Of a stretch of DNA of 64,000 nt, positions 9,067 through 17,483 are shown piece by piece. Origin of the DNA: an uncultured bacterium (GTDB taxonomy: Bacteria; Muiribacteriota; UBA6191; CAZXTJ01; CAYOHP01); assembly GCA_964403795.1 (NCBI GenBank), contig CAYOHP010000017.1, positions 1,821 through 65,820 on the forward strand. The letters are read 5' to 3'. The notes beneath the pieces were generated by a model. That model was not told the origin of the DNA and made no database searches. It saw only the letters and a program-made list of their open reading frames with translations. A program made the translations under genes and the position numbers. How positions within the stretch are numbered: position 1 is the first letter of the stretch; each line of letters starts with the position of its first letter.

Positions 9067-10455
9067 TCAGACGTCGAGCGGGGCCTCGGCGACCGGGTCC
9101 CGGTAGCGGTAGGTGTTGCCCTCGAAGTTCCGGAGCACCCAGTCGTCCCCGTCGCGGCCTTCGACGTAGCGGGGCTGGACCGGGATCTTGCCGCCGCCGC
9201 CGGGGGCGTCGACCGCGTAGGTCCAGACCGCGTACCCGGTGGTGTGGCCCCGGAGCCCCTCGATGATCTCGAGCCCCTTGGAGACCGAGGTCCGGAAGTG
9301 GGCCGACCCGGTGATCGGATCGCACTGGTAGAGGTAGTAGGGACGGACCCGCATCAGGAGCAGCTTGTGGCTGAGCAGCTTGATGGTCTCGACGTCGTCG
9401 TTGACGCCCTTCAGGAGCACCGCATGGGCCCCCATGGGGATCCCGGCGTCGGCGAGCATCTGGCAGGCCCGGAACGACTCGGGGGTGCACTCCTCGGGAT
9501 GGAGGTAGTGGACGCTCATCCACAGCGGATGGTGCTTCCGCAGCATGGCCACCAGCTCGGGGGTGATCCGCTGCGGAAGGACCGCAGGCATCTTGGTGCC
9601 GATGCGGACGAACTCGACGTGCGGGATGGAGCGCAGCTCGGTGAGGATCCAGTCGAGCTTGTCGTCGGACAGCGAGAGCGGGTCGCCGCCCGAGAGCAGC
9701 ACGTCCCGGATGGTCGGGGTGTTGCGGATGTAGTCGATGGCCTTGGAGAGGCGGTCCTTGCTGGCGCTCATCTCGCCCTGGCCGACCACCCGGGAGCGGG
9801 TGCAGTAGCGGCAGTAGGTGCTGCAGAAGTCGAGCACCAGGAAGAGCACCCGGTCGGGGTAGCGATGGACGATTCCATCCACCGGGCTGTCATGGTCCTC
9901 GGAGAGCGGGTCGATGCTCTCGCCGGCCGCATGCAGGAACTCGCCGGTGGAAGGCACCACGGTGCGCCGGATTGGGTGGGCAGGATCCTCGGGGTCCAGC
10001 AGGCTCATGTAATAGGGGGTGATGGCGACCGGGAGATTGGTGGCGCCGCGCTCGGCGGCGGACCGTTCGTCCGGTGAGAGGGTCAGCGCGGCTTCGAGCT
10101 GTTCGAGGCGCTGGTAGCGGTTGCGGACCTGCCACTTCCAGTCGTTCCAGGTGGCATCGTCGACCTGGGGGAAGTGCCGCTGGCGGAATCGCCGGGTCCG
10201 CTCGGTGGTGTCGGCCCTCAGCTCCTGGAGGAGGGGAACCGTCCGTCGGTGGGTAGGGCGGAGAGGGGTGGGAGTCGCCCCGCTGGTGCGGGGCTCGGGA
10301 GCCGGAGGCTCGGTCTCCTCGACGGAACGGGACTTCTGGGGGGCAGCGACATCGGCGGGGGATGGCACCTTGGACGCTCCAAAGATCGAGAGCTCCGCAT
10401 CCGGCGGAGGCGTTTTCGCGACGAGCATTTCGTCGGGTGCGGGAGTTTGTGTCAT
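9067..10455 (-). CDS. kamA: L-lysine 2,3-aminomutase (radical SAM, PLP-dependent) with ~100-aa Pro/Ala-rich N-terminal extension
   Basis: Near-colinear similarity to the recalled Clostridium KamA sequence: WNDWKWQVRNR, ITPYYMSLLDPEDPAHPIRR, DSPVDGIVHRYPDRVLFLVLDFCSTYCRYCTRSR (CxxxCxxC), DVLLSGGDPL, VLPQRITPELVAMLRKHHPLWMSVH, RPYYLYQCD, DAPGGGGK. Confidence 0.9.
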   Translation of the reverse strand: MTQTPAPDEMLVAKTPPPDAELSIFGASKVPSPADVAAPQKSRSVEETEPPAPEPRTSGATPTPLRPTHRRTVPLLQELRADTTERTRRFRQRHFPQVDDATWNDWKWQVRNRYQRLEQLEAALTLSPDERSAAERGATNLPVAITPYYMSLLDPEDPAHPIRRTVVPSTGEFLHAAGESIDPLSEDHDSPVDGIVHRYPDRVLFLVLDFCSTYCRYCTRSRVVGQGEMSASKDRLSKAIDYIRNTPTIRDVLLSGGDPLSLSDDKLDWILTELRSIPHVEFVRIGTKMPAVLPQRITPELVAMLRKHHPLWMSVHYLHPEECTPESFRACQMLADAGIPMGAHAVLLKGVNDDVETIKLLSHKLLLMRVRPYYLYQCDPITGSAHFRTSVSKGLEIIEGLRGHTTGYAVWTYAVDAPGGGGKIPVQPRYVEGRDGDDWVLRNFEGNTYRYRDPVAEAPLDV

Positions 10456-10506
10456 GCATTCGCGACTGTCAACACCCTACGGGACGGAATTCGTGCGATT
10501 AGTCGT

Positions 10507-12864
10507 TCAGCGCGCCCAGGCGCGAAAGCGCGCCAGCTCCTCGGGGGTGAATCCGTGGTCGAGGTTGCGGGCATCGGCCGCGAACCCCAGGAGCCTGGAC
10601 GCAAGTTCGGCGCGCGACGCCGGACGCAGCGTCTCGATCCGGTCCAGCCTCTCCAGGACCGCTGGGCGCAGACCTCGGGTGTCCCGTTCGGCAGCCATCC
10701 GGTGCAGCCGCCGGAGCAGGGCGAGTTCCGAGAGAAGGTCGTCGAGCTCCCCAGGTCGGGACCCGGTAACCCGATCCCAGATCGAGATCTCCCGGGAGTA
10801 CAACCCTTCGAGGTCCAGGGAATCGCGCAGCCAGGCGGTCTCGCTCCGATCCCGAAGGCACATGCGCCGGACCCAGAGTTGCATGGCGATGGTTTCGGCT
10901 TCGCGGCAGGCTCCGAGGCGGCCCGCGAGGTGAGGACCCAGGAGGGTGTCGGGATCCACCGTGGCGAAGGCCCCGAACCAGCCCTCGGGGAGCTGTTCGT
11001 GAGCCACCATCCACAGCGCCACGGTACGCTCCATGTCCGGCTCCCCGGCCCGTAGTCCGGCTCCCAGGGCCACCACGGTCCGGACCTGCGCCCGGTGGGC
11101 GACGGCCAGGTCGGCGGCCGCCCGGGCCCGCCACTCGGGGGCCCGGGCCGCGATCGAGAGGGCCCGGAGCAGCTCCCGGGCCCCGGACTCGCTGAAGGAG
11201 AGCAGCCGGCCGGTTCCCTCCGGAAACCATCGTGCGGGATCGGCCGCGATCCTGGCCTCGACGGCCTCGACCTCGACCCGGATCGTCTCGAGCTCCTCCA
11301 CCACCCGCCCGGACCATCCCGCGAAGGGCCGGTCAAGGTCGAGGACACGGCCCCGCACCGACTTCCGGAGGGCTCGAGCCAGGCCTTCCCCCACCCGGAT
11401 CGGGGCCGGAGCGGGCCCCGCCGCGGCGAGGATCCCGGCCAGCGAGGGGAGACCCTCTCCGACCAGCCTCCGGTCCAGCTCTTCGACCTCCTTCCGGGGG
11501 GAAGGAACCGGACGGGCCGTCGCCGCCCAGCCGACGTACTCGGCCAGGGCCGGCAGCCGGGAGACCGTGAACCCGAAACGCAGGGGATCGGGATCGAGGA
11601 GCGGCGGATCCCGATCGTCCTCCCGGTCGGTGGAAGGCTGGTAGACCCGGCCCGTCCCATCGATCCGCGAGGCCTGGGCCCGGTCGAGGTCTTCCGCCAG
11701 CCGCTCCGCCAGGCCCGGGGGAAGGCCGCCCGCGCGCCCCTGGGCGGCCTCCGGTGGCGGCCTCGTCGGCCCCTCCGGTACGGGGTGGTTCGGCGCCTTC
11801 GGGGAACCCGGGGTCCGGACCAGGGCCAGGGCAGCAAGCGCACCTCCGACCGCGACCAGCACCATCGAGAAGCCGAGGCGCCTCCGGTGGGCAGCCCGCC
11901 GACCCGAGGAGCCGGTGCCCCGGCCCCGGGGAGGCGGGGCGGGCAGCTTGGGAGGCGTCACCCGCTCGGGACGGGTCTGACCGGGGGTCAGCATGGTCCG
12001 GCCCGGGTCGTCCCGAGGGGCAGCTACCGGGGTGGGAAGAGGCGGGACCGAAACCAGGGCAGCCTCGAGGCTCGCTGCGAACGAAGCACCGGACTCGGGG
12101 CGCCGGGCCGGGTCACGGGCCAGGGCCCGGGCCAGCAGGGCGTCGAGCGGGCCCGGGAGACCCGGCCGCAGCCGGGAGGCGGGAGCCGGGTCCGTCCGCA
12201 GCATCTCCTCCAGGGTCTCGTCGGGCGGACCCAGCCGGGGCGGGCGCCCGGTCAGCATCTCGTAGGCGACCGCCCCCAGCGCATGGAGGTCGCAGGCCCG
12301 GGTCGCCCTCCCTCCACCCAGGTACTCCGGCGCCATGTAGGCGGGAGTACCCAGGATCCAGCCTTCCTCCGTGAGGGTTCCACCCTGCTCCGGCCGGGCC
12401 AGACCGAAGTCGAGCAGACGGAGGCTGCCGTCCCGCTCGACCATGACGTTGGCCGGCTTCAGGTCCCGGTGGACCAGGCCGGCGGCGTGGAGGGCGTCCA
12501 GCCCCTCGCCCAGATCGCGGCACCAGGCCACCACCCGACCGAAGTCGGGAAGACCCCGGGCGAGCACCTCTTCGAGCGGCCATCCCGACACGAACTCGTA
12601 GACCAGGGCCAGGTCCCCGGAACGCCTGCGGAACAGACCCAGGAACCGGACCAGTCTCGGGTGGCGGATCGCGGCGAGGAGCTCGGCTTCGCGCCCGATC
12701 CGCGCCGCCTGTTCGGGGGAGACCTCGTGGGGGATCTTGACGGCCACCGGAGCGCCCGTGTCCCGGAGCAAGCCCCGGAAGACCGCGCCGAAGGCACCGC
12801 GACCGACCTCGGCCTCGACCCGGCAGGCCTCCTCGAGGAGCGGGAGACTTCCCGCCGTGGACAT
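10507..12864 (-). CDS. Ser/Thr protein kinase with TM segment and large C-terminal domain
   Basis: Internal start MSTAGSLPLLEEA (M354 of the 1138-aa ORF, in frame). Motifs GRGAFGAVFRG, AVKI, HRDLKPANVMV, DFGL, GTPAYMAPE. A TM helix (MVLVAVGGALAALALV) precedes a ~400-aa domain. The upstream ORF portion is Arg/Gly/Pro junk. Confidence 0.8.
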   Translation of the reverse strand: MSTAGSLPLLEEACRVEAEVGRGAFGAVFRGLLRDTGAPVAVKIPHEVSPEQAARIGREAELLAAIRHPRLVRFLGLFRRRSGDLALVYEFVSGWPLEEVLARGLPDFGRVVAWCRDLGEGLDALHAAGLVHRDLKPANVMVERDGSLRLLDFGLARPEQGGTLTEEGWILGTPAYMAPEYLGGGRATRACDLHALGAVAYEMLTGRPPRLGPPDETLEEMLRTDPAPASRLRPGLPGPLDALLARALARDPARRPESGASFAASLEAALVSVPPLPTPVAAPRDDPGRTMLTPGQTRPERVTPPKLPAPPPRGRGTGSSGRRAAHRRRLGFSMVLVAVGGALAALALVRTPGSPKAPNHPVPEGPTRPPPEAAQGRAGGLPPGLAERLAEDLDRAQASRIDGTGRVYQPSTDREDDRDPPLLDPDPLRFGFTVSRLPALAEYVGWAATARPVPSPRKEVEELDRRLVGEGLPSLAGILAAAGPAPAPIRVGEGLARALRKSVRGRVLDLDRPFAGWSGRVVEELETIRVEVEAVEARIAADPARWFPEGTGRLLSFSESGARELLRALSIAARAPEWRARAAADLAVAHRAQVRTVVALGAGLRAGEPDMERTVALWMVAHEQLPEGWFGAFATVDPDTLLGPHLAGRLGACREAETIAMQLWVRRMCLRDRSETAWLRDSLDLEGLYSREISIWDRVTGSRPGELDDLLSELALLRRLHRMAAERDTRGLRPAVLERLDRIETLRPASRAELASRLLGFAADARNLDHGFTPEELARFRAWAR

Positions 12865-12950
12865 CCCGGCCCTCCCGTCCCTCCCCGCAGTGTGGCTCCC
12901 GGAGGGCGGTGGACGCCAGCGGCGGAAGCGCTCCCGGGAACCGCGGCCGG

Positions 12951-13871
12951 TCAGCCGCCCGATTCCGGGATCCAGCCGGCGAGCGGTTCCCGGTGGGCCA
13001 GCCAGGCCGGGGAGGGAGGTTGGAAGGCGGCCAGGATCCCGCCCACGATGGCGGTCGTGGTGTCCCGGTCGCCCCAGGCCGAGACCATGGTCCAGAGGCC
13101 GTCCTCGAGCGTCCCGGCGTGGCGATGGGCGACCCAGAGCGTGATCGGAACGGTATCGGCAGCCGAGATCCGTTCTCCGTTCCCGAGCCGGGCGACCGCC
13201 GAGGCCACCGGTGCGTCGCGGGGAACGGTAGCGGCGCGGGCGATCCCGTCCCGGACCTCTCCGGGAGGTACCCGGGCCAGGACCTCGGGGAAGAGCCGAG
13301 CCCGGAAGGCCTCGGGATCCTCCCGGCACTGCCAGGCGAGGGCGGTGGCCACGGCCGCGGCGATGGCCCCGGCCACGCCCTCGGGGTGGGCGTGGGTCAC
13401 CCGGGCGCTGGCCTCGGCCTCCGGGACCAGGCGATCCAGGTCGTCGCAGAAGTAGGCGCCGAGCGGGGCCACCCGCATCGCCCCTCCGTTTCCGTAGGAG
13501 CCTCCCCCGCGGAACAGTCCGGTCGAGTGGCGGCGCCAGTCGCCGGACACGGCCACCGCCTGGAGGACCTGGTGGGCACCGGACCCGTAGCCGCGGGCGG
13601 GATCCCGCCGGTAGATGCGCACGAAGCGGTCGGCGAGTTCGTCGGGATCGATCCTTCCCTTCGCGGCCAGCACCTGGAACACGGCACAGCCCATGGCGGT
13701 GTCGTCGGTCCAGCGCCAGGTGCCTGCGGGGAGTTCCCGCCGGGCCACCCGGGCCTCGGCCTGGCCCCGATCGCCGAAGAACCGTTCGCCGAAGGCATCG
13801 CCGACCGAGAGCCCGTCCAGGGCGATCCTGGCCCTTGCCAGACGCTCGGCATGGTCGCTGGGGAGGAGCAT
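12951..13871 (-). CDS. ADP-ribosylglycohydrolase-family protein (DraG-like)
   Basis: Internal start MLLPSDHAERLARARIALDGLSVGDAFGE. DraG/ARH signatures (GTWRWTDDTAMG, GNGGAMRVAPLG). 79 bp upstream of the kinase gene on the same strand. Confidence 0.7.
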   Translation of the reverse strand: MLLPSDHAERLARARIALDGLSVGDAFGERFFGDRGQAEARVARRELPAGTWRWTDDTAMGCAVFQVLAAKGRIDPDELADRFVRIYRRDPARGYGSGAHQVLQAVAVSGDWRRHSTGLFRGGGSYGNGGAMRVAPLGAYFCDDLDRLVPEAEASARVTHAHPEGVAGAIAAAVATALAWQCREDPEAFRARLFPEVLARVPPGEVRDGIARAATVPRDAPVASAVARLGNGERISAADTVPITLWVAHRHAGTLEDGLWTMVSAWGDRDTTTAIVGGILAAFQPPSPAWLAHREPLAGWIPESGG

Positions 13872-14016
13872 CGGAGCCTCCTTCCGGTTCGGGCCTCCAG
13901 GGAGTTTCGTGTAGAGAGTACACCTAGATTGGCCCAGGGCCACTTCCTCGGGATAGTCTCTCGGTCTCCGGCCGCGCCCTTGGGGGAGGCTCCGGTCCCG
14001 AGGGAAGGAACGGTCC

Positions 14017-15984
14017 ATGATCGTCGGCGTGATCGGTTCGGGGTCGATCGGCCCGGACCTGGCTTACGGCTTCGCTTCCGCCCTGGGCCAGAAGCCCGGC
14101 GCCAAGGTCTTCCTGCATGACATCTCCCAGGCTGCACTCGACGCCGGGATGGCCAGGATCCGCGGCTACGTCCAGAAGGGCGTGGCCAAGGGCAAGCTCT
14201 CGCCGAAAGCCGCGGCCGCGGTGGAGGCCGCCCTGGTCCCCACCCTGGCGGTCGGCGATCTGGCCGGATGCGAGTACGTGCTCGAGGCCGCCAGCGAGGA
14301 CCTGGGCGTGAAGCGGAAGATCCTGGCGAGCCTCGAGGCGGTGGTCGGTCCCGACTGCCTGATCGGCTTCGCCACCTCGGGGATCCCCCGCCGACAGATC
14401 GCAGCCGGCGCCCGGAAGCCGGAACGCTGCTTCGTGAACCACCCCTTCTTCCCGGCCTGGCGCTCGCTGCCGATCGAGGTGGTGCCCTCGGGCGACGCCG
14501 CACTCGGGGCAAGGATGCTCTCGACCCTGCGCCGACTCGGGAAGGTCCCGGTGGAGACCGCCGACGTGGAGTGCTTCGCGGCCGACGACATCTTCTGCAA
14601 CTACATCTGCGAGGCGGCCCGCATCGTCGAGGAGGGGCTGGCGACCCCGGCCCAGGTCGATGCCATCGTCGACGGGGCCATCGGGGGCGGCGGACCCTTC
14701 GCGGTGATGGACGGTACCCGCGGCAACCTGCTCACGGTCCACTGCCAGGAACTGATGCGCGAGGCCTCCACCGGATCCCCCTGGTTCAAGGCCCCGGCGA
14801 TCCTCTCGAAGCAGGGCGACAAGCCATGGTTTCCCAAGGGGCAGCCCGCCGACGGCACCCATGACGCGGACTTGGCAGAGCGCGTCATGGACCGGATCCT
14901 GGCGGTGTTGCTGGGCCGCACCGGGTTCGTGGTGGACCGGGGGATCTGTGCGCCCGACGACCTCGACTGGCTGACCCGCATGGCGCTGGGGTTCAGGAAG
15001 GGCCTGCTCTCGGTGGCCGCGGAACTCGGCGCCGCCAGGGTGGCGGATCTCTGTACCCGGTATGCCGGGAACAACCCGGGGTTCGAGGTCCCGGCTTCGA
15101 TCGCCGGGCGCCGGCTCCCGGCCTTCCACCGGAACATCCGGGTGGAGAAGGACGGGGAACTCGCGGTGGTCCGGGTGTTCCGGCCCGAGGTGCGCAACGC
15201 CCTCTCCGGCGAGACCATGGCGGAGATCGACGCCGCCGTCGCCACCTTGGCCGACGACAAGAAGATCCGCGGCATCGTGCTGACGAGCACCGACGGGGCC
15301 TTGGCCGGGGCCGACATCGGGGGCCTGGCCGCCCTTCCCGACCGGGAGTCCTGCCGGCAGATGTGCCGGCGAGGCTACGCGGTGCTGGCCCGGATCGAGG
15401 GGTGCCGCAAGCCGGTGGTGGCTGCGGTCGACGGGCCGGTCCTGGGCGGGGGTGCCGAGATCTCGATGGCCTGCCACGCCCGGGTGGTGGGCAAGTCGCT
15501 GATGCTGGGCCAGCCCGAGGTGAACCTGGGGATCATCCCCGGGTACGGAGGCACCCAGCGGCTGCCTCGCCTGGTCGGGGTGGAGAGGGCATTGGACCTG
15601 CTGCGCACCGCCAGGTCGGTGGGCGCCAAGGAGGCGTGCGCCTGGGGCTGGGCCACAGGGGAACCGGTCGACGACCCGGTGGCCGCGGCCAAGGCGCTCG
15701 TAAGGGAGCACCTGGACGGCCGCGCCAAGCTGGCCCCGGTGGACCCGAGACCGGTGGCGGTCCCCGCCAAGCTCGCCGGGGTCGACCTCGGCCACCACTC
15801 GCGGGCGATCGACGCCATCCTGGTCGACGTGGTGCGCACCGGGCTGGCCCGGCACCTCGCCGACGGGCTCGAGATCGAGGCCGAGGGTTTCGCCCGCTGC
15901 AAGGACACCGTGGACATGGACATCGGGATGAAGAACTTCCTGGCGAACGGGCCGCGCGTCCCCGCGGTCTTCCTGAACGAGTAG
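14017..15984 (+). CDS. Fused 3-hydroxyacyl-CoA dehydrogenase / enoyl-CoA hydratase (HAD-ECH order)
   Basis: N-terminal NAD-binding VIGSGSIG and HAD core (NHPFFP). C-terminal crotonase fold (VVAAVDGPVLGGGAEISMACHARV, QPEVNLGIIPGYGGTQRL). Domain order is reversed relative to FadB/FadJ. Confidence 0.8.
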   Translation: MIVGVIGSGSIGPDLAYGFASALGQKPGAKVFLHDISQAALDAGMARIRGYVQKGVAKGKLSPKAAAAVEAALVPTLAVGDLAGCEYVLEAASEDLGVKRKILASLEAVVGPDCLIGFATSGIPRRQIAAGARKPERCFVNHPFFPAWRSLPIEVVPSGDAALGARMLSTLRRLGKVPVETADVECFAADDIFCNYICEAARIVEEGLATPAQVDAIVDGAIGGGGPFAVMDGTRGNLLTVHCQELMREASTGSPWFKAPAILSKQGDKPWFPKGQPADGTHDADLAERVMDRILAVLLGRTGFVVDRGICAPDDLDWLTRMALGFRKGLLSVAAELGAARVADLCTRYAGNNPGFEVPASIAGRRLPAFHRNIRVEKDGELAVVRVFRPEVRNALSGETMAEIDAAVATLADDKKIRGIVLTSTDGALAGADIGGLAALPDRESCRQMCRRGYAVLARIEGCRKPVVAAVDGPVLGGGAEISMACHARVVGKSLMLGQPEVNLGIIPGYGGTQRLPRLVGVERALDLLRTARSVGAKEACAWGWATGEPVDDPVAAAKALVREHLDGRAKLAPVDPRPVAVPAKLAGVDLGHHSRAIDAILVDVVRTGLARHLADGLEIEAEGFARCKDTVDMDIGMKNFLANGPRVPAVFLNE

Positions 15985-15998
15985 GAGCCGCCCCCATC

Positions 15999-17474
15999 AT
16001 GAAGACCAAGCAGAAGAGCAGGACCAAGGCGAAGGCGACGCCCAAGGCGAAGCCACCGGCGAGGAAGGCTGCCAAGGCCAAGGCGCAGGCGAGGAAGGCG
16101 AAGCCCGCCCCCAAGGCCAGGAAGCCTGCCCCCGCCCCCAAGGCCAAGGCGGTCCCGGCGAAGCCGGCACCCAGGTCAGCGCCCGCGGCGCGATCCCCGG
16201 TCGCCGAGACGATCGTGATCCTCGAGGGGGCGAAGCGCACTCCCCGCGCCGACATCCTGGTGAACAACCGCGATCCGGGGCTGTTCTCCGGGTTCTCGGC
16301 CACCCGGCTCGGCGGGATGGCGATCGCCGGCACCCTGGCCGGGACCCGGCTCGATCCGGGGCGCATCGGGCACGTGATCATGGGCATGGCGTCCCATAGC
16401 CATCGCGATTCGATCTACGGGGCCCAGGGCATGCGCTGGCGGGGCGGGTTGGGGGAGGACGTGCCGGCCCTGACCGTGGCCCGGATCTGCGGCTCCGGTG
16501 CCGAGGCGGTGGCGGTCGGGTCCGAGATGATCCTGGCCGGCCTGCGTCATGACCGATCCCGTCCCTACATGGTGGTGGGCGGCGCCGAGAGCATGCAGTA
16601 CCCGTTCGTGGTCTACGGGCTCCGGGGCAAGAAGGTGGGCGGAACCACCCAGAAGTACGGGCCGGTCGACCCCAAGGGCCTCGAAGCCGGGACCCACCTC
16701 CAGGATTCGCTGCTCATGGGCCTCTACGATCCTTCCTCGGGGATGGCCATGGCCAACACCGCGGAGGAACTGGGGCGGCGGTACCGCATCACCCGGGAAG
16801 AGGCCGACGCCTTCGGCTACCGCTCCCAGGTGCGCGCCAAGCAGGCGCGCGACTCGGGCGCCTTCCTGGAGGAGACGGTCCCGGTCGAGGTGCGTCCCGA
16901 CGGCTCCTCCGAGCCGTTCACGGTGGTGCACGACACCCACATCCTCGAGGACGTGAGCCTGGCGAAGATGGGGCGGCTCCCGGCCGCCTTCGAGCCGGGC
17001 GGGATCGTGACCGCCGGCAACGCCAGCGCAGTGGTCGACGGCGCCGCCGCCATGGTGATCGGACGGCTGTCGGATGCGACCCGCGACGGGGCCAAGCCCC
17101 TGGCGAGGATCGCCGGGATCGGGGTCGCCGCCTGCGAGGCGAAGATCATGGGCTGGGGACCGGTGCCGGCCACCCGGATCGCGCTGGCCTCGGCGGGGAT
17201 CTCGGGTGGGGACATCGACCGGGTCGAACTGAACGAGGCTTTCGCCCCCCAGGCGCTGGCCTGCATCCGCGATTTCGAGACCATGGGGATCGATCCCGAG
17301 AAGGTGAACCCGGAAGGTGGGGCCATCGCCCTGGGACACCCGCTCGGCGCCACCGGTGCGATCCTGACGCTGACCTGCGCCTACGGGCTGCGCCGCCGGC
17401 GCCAGCGCTACGGCCTGGTCACCATGTGCATCGGCGGAGGCCAGGGCATCTCGCTGGTGCTGGAGGCGATGTAG
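15999..17474 (+). CDS. Acetyl-CoA acetyltransferase / 3-ketoacyl-CoA thiolase with ~65-aa Lys/Ala/Pro-rich (histone H1-like) N-terminal tail
   Basis: Internal ATG (MKTKQKSRTKAKATPKAKPPARKAAKAKA...), in frame with no stop before the thiolase core. Thiolase motifs (ARICGSGAEAV, NASAVVDGAAAMV, GHPLGATGA, CIGGGQGISLVLE). 15 bp downstream of the HAD/ECH gene. Confidence 0.8.
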   Translation: MKTKQKSRTKAKATPKAKPPARKAAKAKAQARKAKPAPKARKPAPAPKAKAVPAKPAPRSAPAARSPVAETIVILEGAKRTPRADILVNNRDPGLFSGFSATRLGGMAIAGTLAGTRLDPGRIGHVIMGMASHSHRDSIYGAQGMRWRGGLGEDVPALTVARICGSGAEAVAVGSEMILAGLRHDRSRPYMVVGGAESMQYPFVVYGLRGKKVGGTTQKYGPVDPKGLEAGTHLQDSLLMGLYDPSSGMAMANTAEELGRRYRITREEADAFGYRSQVRAKQARDSGAFLEETVPVEVRPDGSSEPFTVVHDTHILEDVSLAKMGRLPAAFEPGGIVTAGNASAVVDGAAAMVIGRLSDATRDGAKPLARIAGIGVAACEAKIMGWGPVPATRIALASAGISGGDIDRVELNEAFAPQALACIRDFETMGIDPEKVNPEGGAIALGHPLGATGAILTLTCAYGLRRRRQRYGLVTMCIGGGQGISLVLEAM

Positions 17475-17483
17475 GGGTCGAGC

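Noticed and set aside
10507-13923. Using the full listed ORF lengths for kinase and radical-SAM genes (10507..13923, 22922..25726, 31876..34929, 56794..59421, 6572..7678, 7048..8619)
   Set aside because: The upstream portions run through neighbouring genes in other frames and translate to low-complexity sequence. Internal ATG/GTG starts that begin at recognisable domain N-termini and create 4-bp overlaps with upstream stops were used instead.
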